64,000 nucleotides of DNA, taken from NCBI GenBank assembly GCA_965644265.1, contig OZ286476.1, positions 31,062,001 to 31,126,000 on the forward strand, in the 5' to 3' direction. The DNA is from Glycera tridactyla. Its lineage: Eukaryota. Position 1 is the first letter of the stretch, and the number at the start of each line of letters is the position of its first letter. The notes under the pieces are model-generated. The model ran no database searches. It worked only from the letters and a program-made list of their open reading frames with translations, and was not told where the DNA came from. Positions 34,016-45,970 of this stretch are shown one piece after another. The position numbers were made by a program, and so were the translations under genes.

Positions 34016-35892
34016 TTATGTCTCCCCCCCCCCTGATGGGGGAGACATATAGAATTCGTATTGTCCGTCTGTCCGTCTGTCCGTCTGTCCGTCTGTCCGT
34101 CTGTCCGTCTGTCTGTCACAAAACCTCGTGAGCACGATTGCAGCAAAACTACTCATCCGAATTTGATGAAATTTGGCAGGCATACCCCTTGGGAGGGTCT
34201 AATGAACTGATTAGATTTTGGTCTGTGACATGATTTTCAAGATCACCAGGGGCAAAAATTTCACTGAAATTTCACCAAAAAGGTACCCTAATTGAACTCA
34301 GTCTGTATTGTGACCTCTCCGAAATGAACGCATTTCTCATGCCTCTCCATTCATGTTATGTAATATTCTTCGGTCTCTGACAATGCTCTTTTGTCCTGCT
34401 CTCATGACTAGACGTTGATTTCATTTTCCCTCTCTCCTCAAACAAAAGCCCAAACTTAATTAACTTCCCTGTTTGTGTCTGCTCCTTGTTGCTACCTGTG
34501 GATATCCAATGGCTATTATACTTGGCATATTGGTATATACAGTCAAACCTCCTCTAAAGACCACTTCTCTATAGAGACCACCTCCCTATAAAGACCACCC
34601 TGAGCTGCGACTGTGGTAGTATTCTCAACAGTGAATGACCTCTCTATAAAGACCACCTCCCTATAAAGGCCACTTTTTGATGTGAACCAAGGCGATCCTT
34701 ATAGAGAGGTTCGACTGTAAGTGCTGTTAGCGATTTGACTGTCATACCCCCTGTGTTGGTCCACTGGTGTGTTTTTGTCTCAAAGTTTGTATACCTCCTT
34801 CCCTAGACTATGGATTTACATCTTGCATTTCAAGGTCACTGAGTGCAAAATGATTTCCGGGGTTTGTTCATAATTTGAGAGTGAAAATGTATTAGTTTTG
34901 TTCATATATTTCACTTTTCTCATTTACTCATCCTGTGACATCATGCACTCAGCGGGGCATTCACACCCATTGAGTGTATCTACAGGCTAGTGGTGATACA
35001 CTGGCATTTTGAAGATGGTGCCAAAAGGTCAAAGGTCAAGGTCACAGAAGCTATTTTCAGAATTTGAGAATATGGACAAATCTCATTTGCTGAATTGTTC
35101 TTGTTTCCTGGGTCACTGATCAAGACCTGATCAAGAGCCTCCGCTGTCAGCAAAATTCCACTCAAACCGCTGAACCAAATTCAACTGAACTTCTCTGATG
35201 CCTAGGCATATTCTCAAGGACAAATCCTACACAAAGAGACCCCTGTACCCCAGCACACCTCATACCCCAGGACACATTTTTGTACTTATGACTAGGTATA
35301 CTACATCATTGGTCACTCAAAGGATAGTTGTCAACCATTAATGTCTATCTTTTCATGCTTACTTGAAGATGAATAAGCAAGCAGGTGGGATGCCAGGCAT
35401 GTATACGGGTAGTGAATAATTACAAAGTCTGGAGGGAGACATATTGAGTGAGGAGGTGCCTCACTAAAATTCTAGTTTGAGAATATGGACAAATCTCATT
35501 TGCTGAATAGTTCTAGTTTCCTGGGTCACTGATCAAGACCTGATCAAGAGCTTCCCTTGTCAGCAAGATTCCACTCAAACTGCTGACCCAAATTCAACTG
35601 AACTTCTCTGATGCCTAGGCATATCCTCAAGGACAAATCCTACACAAGCAGACCCCCTTTACCACAGCACACCTCATACCCCAGGACACATTTCCGTACT
35701 TATGACTAGGTATACTACATCATTGGTCACTCAAAAGATAGTTGTCAACCATTGATGTCTAGCTTTTCAGTGAGTATGCTCACTTGAAGATGAATAAGCA
35801 AGCAGGTGGGAAGCCAGGCATGTATGAGGGTAGTAAATAATTAGTCTGGGGGGAGACATATTGAGTGAGGAGGTGCCTCACTAAAATTCTAG
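34016..35892 (+). mobile_element. Non-autonomous Helentron (HINE/DINE-1-like), copy B with duplicated 3' end
   Basis: 5' TTATGTCTCCCC/GGGGAGACATA pair, (GTCY)n, 3' GGGAGACATA + stem-loop AGTGAGG-aggtg-CCTCACT + AAAATTCTAG(T). Segment 35063-35475 repeated as 35476-35892. Confidence 0.85.
34540..34717. mobile_element. pogo/Tigger-like MITE nested in the HINE
   Basis: TA|CAGTCAAACCTC...GAGGTTCGACTG|TA; orthologous insertions at 33615-33809 and 39937-40114. Confidence 0.85.
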
Positions 35893-36390
35893 TCATGGTT
35901 GGGAGACCGAAGACTTTTCCATGTCCAAGATTTTAACACCCGCTGAAATCTTAGATCATGACTGCATTTTTTTCCGATTGTGACAGTCTGACGCAGAATG
36001 AAGCAGAATGACGCAGATGGGGGCCGAATTTAGCGCCGGTCTGAAGCGGAACGCTGATCGGGCGCTAACCGTGTGTCAAATCGCGTTAGTGTAAAGGCAG
36101 CAGAAGGAGGTTTCGGCGTATTATCAGTGCGTAGCCTGACTGCATCCCAAGATAGGGTTGTCCGTGAGGGTAGCAAAGATAGTCTTCTAATACCTTATCC
36201 AGTTGCCTGCACTGATAAAGAACCAATATATGTGCAAGATCATGCGTCATTCCTTGCGAGTCGAGAAATCGCTGAAATGTACAGTCCATTACCCTTTTGT
36301 TTGACCATTGTTTTCCGTGAATAACTTGAAAGATAGCCCACAGGTCCCCATGTATAGGAACAATACCCCTTGCTGAAGTGGTCGTGATGG

Positions 36391-36828
36391 TAGTCTGTCA
36401 AATCCAAATGTGATGGGTACGTTTCAGACGCTAATTTCGTCAATTTTCGTCTGATTTGATTTTTAATTGCACGAATGGATTGTACAGGTTTTCCGGCGAT
36501 TATCGAACCTGGTCTCCGTTATTCGGTATGCTTCTGAAGAGGATATGCCATCATTTCATCGCATTTATACGACGAGTCCGCCTGCATTATCGTCCACTCA
36601 TTCCTATGTGAAACAATGGAGATACGGCCGCCACACCTGCCGCGAAACTAGCGTGAAATCGACATGTTTGGCGTTCTGGGATGAATTGAGCAAGGCAACT
36701 TCGCCGAGATTACATTTCTAGTCATCGGAGATGTACACAAAGCCTGTCAGCAAGTTTCATTTCAATCGGAACCGAATTCGCGATGCTAGAGCGAAAAACG
36801 TACCTGCCACGACATAGCTTGACCGACT
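36391..36828 (+). mobile_element. Full-length MITE family M copy
   Basis: TAGTCTGTCAAATCCAAATGTGATGGGTACGTTTC ... GAAAAACGTACCTGCCACGACATAGCTTGACCGACT. Confidence 0.8.
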
Positions 36829-37296
36829 TTAGCACACTGCATTGTAGGCCACGTCAGAGGAGCTAATGAGGAAAGACTGCATTATTCAGATCTCTTCAAC
36901 TGATGAACGAACCAAGTCTTTATATAAGCATACCAAAATATAGCTGAAATGAGTGGCGCACATTCTTCCACAGTGGAAAATTTCCTGCCCACGTTTTTAC
37001 CAATAAAATCGTGAAAACCTAGGGTCACGAAATAAATGGTTTTGACTTTTAGACTGTCTTCGAGATGTGACACCTGACTTTCCTGGATAGTCTGCGATAG
37101 TCTGCGTACTGAAAAATAGATGTCCCCGGGTTCATTGAACCCAACCAGCAAAAGATAACTTTTCCAAACATTGTCTGCCTGTCCAGGTGAAAATTAGATA
37201 ATAGAAAAGAAAAATAAGATTTGAGGGGTGGAATCTTGTGCGGTGAGTTTGCCACTGGATCGCATGGTCATAATATGGAACTTAGTACAGAGACCT

Positions 37297-37580
37297 ACTG
37301 TCAAATCCCAATATGGCGTCTACGTCTCGGATGCTAAATCCGATATTTCTCGCCCGATTTCAATTTAAATAGTACAAATGAAATGTGTAGAGCTTCCGGT
37401 GATCATCGAACCTGATTCCGGTAATTCTACTTGCTTTTTAAGAGGATACGTCATCATTTTACCACATTTTAATGGAGAATATACAAGGTGACTTCACCGG
37501 GGTCACATTTCTAGTCGTCGTCGATGTCAACAATGTCTGTCTCCCTACAATCGGATTCCATTTCGCGATGCTAGGGCGAA
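37297..37580 (+). mobile_element. MITE family M copy with internal deletion
   Basis: CTGTCAAATCCCAATATGGCG start; lacks the central core; CACATTTCTAGTCGTCG..TTCGCGATGCTAGGGCGAA end. Confidence 0.65.
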
Positions 37581-38979
37581 CGAGAGCGCCCACGTGCGCC
37601 GAGAGATCTCCGAGACAGACAGACGGACAGACCGAGACGGGGGTAATGACAAGCCCTCCTTCAGTAATCTGGGGCTGTGGTCCTCCAGGTGCGAGTCATG
37701 AGCAAGCCACCCGTGAATTTGTCTTATACTGTTGTGGCCATAATCCATCACAATAAGTTCTATGCTATCAAGCGCGAGTGCTGATCTCTGATTGGCTGGT
37801 TTTATGCATGCTACCTACAACTCCATTCATGAATCCGTGCAGTGATCCATGAAACCTGGTAATGAGGTGCGAACAAGAAGCACTACACAATTCCTACGAA
37901 ATGATATTTCTTCAGAAATGTATTTTTGGAATGAACGGATAGAAACGTGTTTAGGGGAATGACTAGCTCTCGCGCCGTGTGAGACTCATGGATTCGCTAA
38001 ATTAAGGTACGGCGCTATACAAATTTAATTTGTGACATTGAATATTAATATTGTATTGAATGAATATTCATGATATGTTTTTGACCAAAAAACGTTATTG
38101 TTTTAGGAGTTTGTGAGCTAAGAGGGCGCTGCTGAATGGTAGTATAAAAGCGAGTCACCACGTGATCTCGTCCCACTCTCTGCATAGATTTCGACCCTCC
38201 GCCGTCCCCTTTACGCCACCTGGTGGTTGAGATGTTCGTAGTGGTGGGCAGGCGCTCCTATAGATGTATTCTGCGAAGTCTGGGTTCTCTCCGGGATCAC
38301 CTCCCTGCTCTAGGTCAGGTTACGTCAACGCTTCTTTAGGCTTGGCCTGGGCCTGGCATGTTTTTCCCAAAAACGATGCCCACTTTGTCCATTAGTTGTT
38401 CTTGTTGTTAGGGCCATTCTCCAATAAAAATGTTGTGTTTGAATGTCTCAGAAGTGTTGTTTTACACGTATGCCTTTAGTTAAAATTGAATCAAACTAAG
38501 TGAGATTCAAAATTCTTTGAGCAATTTTAGTTTGCTCGGGTGGTCAGTTTTGACTGCATTGATCTAATTGAAAAAGGGTTTTCAATTATGATTATGGACC
38601 ACATATTGGTCCAAATTGTCGACCACATATTGTCGACCACATATTGGTCCAGATGCACTGTGCCTCTGGGTACTTTTTGGAAATTTAACTCAAAATTACG
38701 ATCATTAGGATCTTGTAGTGCCCAGAGGCATACGTGTTGAAAACAAACAATTTGAGCCAAACATTCACTTATGGTATATGACTCTTTCTTCTTCTTTCAC
38801 ATCGATGAGTTGACAAGGAGCAAGCGATCTACAGTCTATGAATAATCTACAATCATGCACCATAACAAGCACATGTTAATTGTTATCTCTTCAGCAGAAA
38901 AAGGGAAGATTTGTTAAGATTAGTTAGGAGAGGAGATAGACTGATTAGTTCTTGGTGTGTTATCTTCTAAGGATTGCGC

Positions 38980-39290
38980 AACTACACATATTCAAACTGC
39001 AAAAATCAGTGCTTCGGTTATCGACCACAAAAACGAGTATTGAGATAATTACGTAATGGCTACATTTCTTCAAATTGTCTTTCATCAGATCAATAAATTA
39101 TCTTGAAATGTGTTAGATTAGATCATTTGATCTTCTCAGACAGATCCGATCAAGATTCATATGATGATATTAGCCTCGAGAGTCAGAATCGGCGAAGTTG
39201 GTGTGCCGGTCGAGCAGAGGTGATACCATAGAGGTCTCCAGCCGCCGGTGGAGATCTCAAAAACGAAGCCAACACGGTTGAACTTGACAA
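38980..39290 (+). mobile_element. MITE family M2 (shares the family M 3' terminus, different body)
   Basis: Homologous to 41890-42110 (+), 42375-42690 (-) and 44180-44520 (+). The last ends AAAAAACGTACCCACCACGACTGAGCTTGACGGACT, like family M. Confidence 0.6.
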
Positions 39291-39397
39291 GATTTTGGTT
39301 TGGTTTGGTTTGGTCGACTGTTCTGACTGATCTCCGCTCAGTACCACTGTCAGAGCTTGAAGGTTCTGATCTCCCCAGTGCTGCTGTTAGCTATTTA

Positions 39398-40975
39398 TTA
39401 TGTCTCCCCCCCTGATGGGGGAGACATATAGAATTCGTATTGTCCGTCTGTCCGTCTGTCCGTCTGTCCGTCTGTCCGTCTGTCCGTCCGTCCGTCTGTC
39501 CGTCTGTCTGTCACAAAACCTCGTGAGCACGATTGCAGCAAAACTACACATCCGAATTTGATGAAATTTGGCAGGCATACCCCTTGGGAGGGTCTAATGA
39601 ATTGATCAGATTTTGGTCTTTGTGACATGATTTTCAAGATCACCAGGGGCAAAAATTTCACTGAAATTTCACCAAAAAGGTACCCTAATTAAACTCAGTC
39701 TGTATTGTGACCTCTCCGAAATGAACGCATTTCTCATGCCTCTCCATTCATGTTATGTAATATTCTTCGGTCTCTGACAATGCTCTTTTGTCCTGCTCCA
39801 ATGACTAGACGTTGATTTCATTTTCCCTCTCTCCTCAAACAAAAGCCCAAACTTAATTAACTTCCCTGTTTGTGTCTGCTCCTTGTTGCTACCTGTGGAT
39901 ATCCAATGGCTATTATACTTGGCATATTGGTATATACAGTCAAACCTCCTCTAAAGACCACTTCTCTATAGAGACCACCTCCCTATAAAGACCACCCTGA
40001 GCTGCGACTGTGGTAGTATTCTCAACAGTAAATAACCTCTCTATAAAGACCACCTCCCTATAAAGGCCACTTTTTGATGTGACCGAAGGCGGTCCTTACA
40101 GAGAGGTTCGACTGTAAGTGCTGTTAGCGATTTGACTGTCACATCCCCCTGTGTTGATCCACTGGTGTGTTTTTGTCTCAAAGTTTGTATACCTCCTTTC
40201 CTAGACTATGGATTTACATCTTGCATTTCAAGGTCACTGAGTGCAAAATGGTTTCCGGACAATAAATTGAGTTTCAGGTGTAGCCTTCTCAATTCTCTAT
40301 GAGAGGCTGTATATCTATGGCAACACACCCATCGATTTTTCAATTACTTAAGGGGGGGGGGGGTTCATAATTTGAGAGTGAAAATGTATTTTTTTTGTTC
40401 ATATATTTCACTTTTCTCATTTACTCATCCTGTGACATCATGCACTCAGCGGGGCATTCACACCCATTGAGTGCATCTACAGGCTAGTGGTGATACACTG
40501 GCATTTTGAAGATGGTGCCAAAAGGTCAAAAGTCAAGGTCACAGGAGCTATTCTCAGAATTTGAGAATATGGACAAATCTCATTTGCTGAATTGTTCTTG
40601 TTTTTTTGGGTCACTGATCAAGACCTGATCAAGAGCTTCCCCTGTCAGCAAATTCCACTCAAACCGCTGAACCAAATTCAACTGAACTTCTCTGATGCCT
40701 AGGCATATTCTCAAGGACAAATCCTACACAAAGAGACCCCCTGTACCCCAGCACACCTCATACCCCAGGACACATTTTCGTACTTATGACTAGGTATACT
40801 ACATCATTGGTCACTCAAAGGATAGTTGTCAACCATTAATGTCTATCTTTTCATGCTTACTTGAAGATGAATTAGCAAGCAGGTGGGATGCCAGGCATGT
40901 ATACGGGTGGTGAATAATTACAAAGTCTGGGGGGGGAGACATATTGAGTGAGGAGGTGCCTCACTAAAATTCTAG
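39398..40975 (+). mobile_element. Non-autonomous Helentron (HINE/DINE-1-like), complete copy C
   Basis: Same termini, (GTCY)n and nested pogo MITE as copy B; retains ~100 bp (~40255-40360) deleted in copy B; single 3' hairpin + CTAG at 40972-40975. Confidence 0.88.
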
Positions 40976-41039
40976 TGGGTAACAGGTTTAATCTTGGCAA
41001 GGCACAACCCTCTGCCTGTGATTGAATTTTGAACCTCCT

Positions 41040-41275
41040 CTCTTGTGCTTGCATGTGTGTGTATGCTGAGGAGGGGCACTGATGTAGCTGTTTTGCAGTC
41101 ACTTATTATAGCACCACTGCTAACCTAGGACCATTGTTTTCAGAACCCAGATAGGTGCTCACACCATTACCTGGCCCTGATGATGTGTAGCTCCTGCCTC
41201 TTTCTGTGTTTTGAGCTATACACTGGGGGGCCCAGACCACTCGAGTAGTCTGTGACTATTAGTGCAGTGTACGGT
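41040..41275. repeat. Dispersed repeat family F (~235 bp), copy 1
   Basis: GATGTAGCTGTT..AGTCACTTATTATAG..CTAGGACCATTGTTTTCAGA..CCCAGATAGG shared with 50560-50790. Confidence 0.75.
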
Positions 41276-42859
41276 TCATAGCGGTCCTCACTATATGAAT
41301 TTTCTTTCATACCCGAACGCAAATAAATCCTGCGTCTTAGAAAGATTGTGTTGGTTTTATTAGATTCAATGAAATATCCTGGTGTAACGATACGCATGTC
41401 AAGTGCAGGGTTCATACAAGGTATGGAAACCTAGAAAAAAGAGGGAATTTGGAAACACCCTTCCCAGGCCTGGGAAAAGTATGGAATTTTGTAAGAGCGG
41501 CGATGGTGATTTAGACATCTTGTCGGATGTCACTCGACTGGCCAGCTGATAGAACAAACACATGCAAGTGATCACCACTGTGTTTCTTCTTTGATCATGT
41601 TAAATATGATTTGCACCTGGTACAGTCTTCAAGAGTGAAATCATACTGTCATTTTAAGATGGTGGTCAATTCTTCTTGATACAACTTTTTGTTACCAATC
41701 ATATCAATCATGCTTCCATTTATGAAGGGTATTGAAAATTGATGGTGTGGTATGGAAGAGGTATGGAAAACGTATGGAATTTTACTCTCAGACGTCTGTG
41801 TGAAGACTGCAAGTGTCTCGACACTATTGTAATTTTATAAAATATCTTTCACTTTGACCTATTTGACCGATATCAATACGCTCCCTCGCACAAACGTACT
41901 ATTTGCGCGCAGCTATACATATAGGAGCCGGAGTATGTGTGTTGCGGTTTCCGGTCAAGGAGAAATTGTCAGATTGGAGGTCTACATTTTCTCAACCAGT
42001 CGTTCATTAAATCAATAAATACGGACGATATTGTGTTAGATTACACCACGGACCTACATTAGAGTACACCAGTTATGTCGTTCACACGGCTACGACCTGG
42101 ATTCGGATGATGGAAACTGTCTCGAGTGTCAGAAACGCACCATTAGAAAGATCCCGAGAAAATATTGCTTTCGCAAATTGCAGGTCACTTTGAATTCCAT
42201 GGTTTACTGGGTCGTGAGCAGTCAGGATTCAGGACGGGTTGCGCCAAAGGCACGTGCCCATCAGAATTTCTGGACAAATGGTTTGTGAACAGAATCAGAC
42301 ATTATCATAGCCTTTCGTATCGTGCAGATTCATATATCCATATCTACATCACAAATGTCATTGTTCATTATTAGCATCTATTTTTGTGATCTCCGTTGGA
42401 GATCACTATGCTACCACCTCTCTGCTCGAAATGCTTTCTAACTTCGCCGATTCTGACTCTGGAGGCTGATATAATCAAACGAATCTTGATCGGATCTGTG
42501 TAAAAGGATCAGATGATCTAATCTAATACAATTTCAAGATGATTTATCGATCTGATTAACGACAATTTGAGGAAATGTAGCGATTTTGTAATGGGCATTT
42601 TGCCATACATTCGTTTTTGTTGCCGATTACCGAAGCACACAGATATGATCGCTCGGAGATGTAGAGCTACGCACAAATAGTAAATGCCTGCGAGTCCTGA
42701 TTTCTGATTGGCTGGTTTCACACACGCTATCTACAACTCCATTCATGAATCGGTGCATTTATCCACGAAACTTAGTAATGAGGTGCGAACAAGAAGCACT
42801 ACTTCACTCCCCTACAAACTATCATATCAACCAAAACACACACTCACTATTTGTGCGCA

Positions 42860-42889
42860 GAGAGAGAGAGATCCCCAAGACAGAGAGAA

Positions 42890-42920
<31 letters not shown>

Positions 42921-43385
42921 CAGAGAGAGCTACGATTATGCGAAAGTAGTCCCAGCTCATGAATGGAGTTGTAAAAAGCATGTGTAAAACCAGCCAATCA
43001 GAGAGCAGGACTCGGGCAGAAGGCCTAAAGCGTTGCCATTTGAAGTTTATTCCGATGGATTTGACAGCACACATATCTGGCTTTAGCGACCTGACTCTCT
43101 CTCTCTCTCTCTCTCTCTCGTCATTATCATCTTCAGTGAGGTGGGGGTGGTTGTAGTGGTGGTAGTGGTGGTGGGTATGAAGGTGGTGGTGGTGGCGGTG
43201 GTGGTGGGTTTGATGGTGGTGGTGGTGATGCTGCATGGTGATGGTGGTGGTGGATACGAAGGTGGTGGTGGTTGCTGTTGCCATTGCTGATGTCGTCGTC
43301 GTCGTCGCCGTCGTCGTCATCGTCGTCATCGTCGTTATCGTCATTGTCTCTCTCTCTGCCTCTTTCTCTTTCTCTCTCTCTCTAC
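42860..43385. repeat. Compound microsatellites (GA/GAGACA)n, (CT)n, (GGT)n, (GTC/ATC)n
   Basis: Directly visible; these generate the poly-H/T/S/V ORFs in the track. Confidence 0.9.
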
Positions 43386-45329
43386 CTCGGAGATCTCTCG
43401 GCGCACCTGGGCGCTCTTGTTTTCTTTTTATATCACTCATCTCTCCTTTTCATTGTAATGACTGGAGTCATGGGTATTTGTTCCGTTTGTCTTACTGGAT
43501 AGGCCTCTAAGCGAGGTAACTGTATATGACGGAAGACATTAAATAAATAAACATATACACGATGGTAAACCGCGCAAAAGTCATAACACGAAGAAACACG
43601 AGATGGCGCTTCTCGCGGTGGCTGCCATTTGCATCGGTACTTCCGCTATGGTGGCCTCCAAAAATAAATGTGAGAGACAGACAGACAGACAGGGTGACAG
43701 ACAGGGAGACAGCCCCCTCGAATTCACAGGTAATCTATAGAGGCATAGAATCCATGGTTCATTGCTTGTCAGTAAATCACTCCCCCTCCAAATCCCCAGC
43801 CTGCATCTTCTAGCCCTCCTTCCCCTCTAACTGTGGCCTCTCTCCTTTTTCTCAGATCATCACTCCACTCGGAGAGGGGGGGAGAGATGTTCGTTGTGTT
43901 TTTTGTGAAATATCACAGATGTATTGCATAGAGGGGTACTGAACCGGAAGTGATGTTGCACGAGCAATACGACCTGATAGCGCCTGATCATTCCACCAGA
44001 TGGCGAATTACGAGCGCAGGTTGAGCAGCATCTTGGTAGTAGCAACGTAATCTCAATCCGCAGGTGCAGATCACAACAAGAGCGCCCACATGCGCCGAGA
44101 GATCTCCCAGAGAGAGAGGGGGGTATCTGCAGACGCTCTCTCACCATGACCTATTTAGAATATATTAATATGCTGCCTTGCCCGCATTATTTGTGCGCAG
44201 CTATACATATCTGAGCTGCCGAGATCTGTGTGAAGGGGTAGTCGGCCACAAAAACGAGGGTGGTAAGATTTGCCTATTATGTAATCGGTACATTTTCTCA
44301 AATAGTCATTTCAAATAGATAAATCATCTTAAAATTGTCTTAGATTATCAGCTGTACCTTTCACACAGCTACGATCAAGATTTATTTGATGCAGCCTCGA
44401 AAGTCAAAATCGGCGAATTTCGAAGGTAGGTTGAGCAGAGAGGTGATAGCATAGAGATCTCCAGCCGCGGGCGCGGATCGCAAAAAAACGTACCCACCAC
44501 GACTGAGCTTGACGGACTTCAGCAGAGTGATCTCAATCCGCAGGCGCAGATCACAGAAATGGACCCGTCACGTTTGGGTTTGACAGCTCAATCACTTGGG
44601 ATTGTCTGGACATCGATCTGCGTCTGGTCAATCCCATCTAATAACACATCAACCAAATCTCACGACAACGCCAGCTGTCATATATATTTACTGTGAGGCT
44701 GGCTTGAGTTTGACAGGTCACAAATGAAGCATTCGATACATATTCCCTGAGCAGAATATATATGTTTGGATTTGACAGGTCTCAAATGAAACATTCGATG
44801 AGTATTCCCTGAGTGGAATATATACTTGTCTCCTGTGATTTATGGAAAATCAGCACTTCCAAGCTTCGGTGTTTTCGACCTGTTGGCCAGTCGGTCATAT
44901 ATATTCACTGTGAGGCTGGCTTGAATTTGACAGGTCGCAAATGAAACATTCGATACATATTCCCTGAGTGGAATATATACTTGTCTCCTGTGATTTATGG
45001 AAAAAATCAGCGCTCCCAAGCTTTGGTGCTCATTTTCAACCAGCTTTTGATCGGATTACTGTATCCATCACAGCTGGATCCATGCATCATGAAATGTAGG
45101 CAAAGGTGTGTATGATACGACAGCTACTTCCACTCAATCGAGACTCTCGCTTCAATGGATCTTGAGCAGATGACATACGCAATTCGAAGGGTTAAATAAT
45201 GTCATCAAACCCCAGCCACCGTTCATATTGTATTCAGGGTTTATGAGAGTGATGTCTGCAGGGGAAAAATATCTAACTTTCTTTGACCAGGAACGGTCGG
45301 CACATATACTTCTAAGGGATGATACCTAT

Positions 45330-45970
45330 CAGCCAACCAACCAACCGACTAACCAAGCAATCAACCAATCAACCAACCAACCAACTGACTAACCCATCAA
45401 CCAACCAACCAACCGACTAACCAATCAATCAACCAATCAACCAACCGAATGACTAACCAATCAATCAACCAATCAACCAACCAACCAACCGACTAACCAA
45501 TCAATCAACCAATCAACCAACCAACTAACCGACTAACCAATCAATCAACCAATCAACCAACCAACCAACCGACTAAACAATCGATCAACCAATCAACCAA
45601 CCAACCAACCGACTAACCAATCAATCATCCAATCAACCAACCAACCGACTAACCAATCAATCAACCAATCAACCAACCAACCAACCAACTAACCAATCAA
45701 TCAACCAACCAACCAACCGACTAACCAATCAATCATCCAATCAATCAACCAACCAACCGACTAACCAATCGATCAACCAATCAACCAACCAACCAACCGA
45801 CTAACCAATCAATCAACCAATCAGCCAACCAACCAACCGACTAACCAATCAATCAACCAATCAATCAACCAACCAACCGACTAATCAATCGATCATCCAA
45901 TCAACCAACCAACCAAGCGACTAACCAATCAATCAACCAACCAACCGACTAACCAATCAATCAGCCGACT
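45330..45970. repeat. Composite (AACC)/(AATC) tract with ~36-bp higher-order unit
   Basis: Recurring AACCAACCAACCGACTAACCAATCAATCAACCAATC; follows a SINE A copy (45100-45330). Confidence 0.85.

Larger units (their letters stand above)
32636..36101. mobile_element. TIR-bounded composite element (PIF/Harbinger-like termini) hosting nested insertions
   Basis: GCTGCCTTGACACTAACGCG (32636-32655) is the 19/20 reverse complement of CGCGTTAGTGTAAAGGCAGC (36082-36101). A second inverted match is CATTCTGCTTCATTCT..GTCAGAC (~32936-32962 vs ~35986-36010). No clear TSD. Confidence 0.5.

Noticed and set aside
42847-43510. Poly-His/Thr/Ser/Val ORFs
   Set aside because: Translations of (GGT)n, (GTC)n and (CT)n microsatellites.
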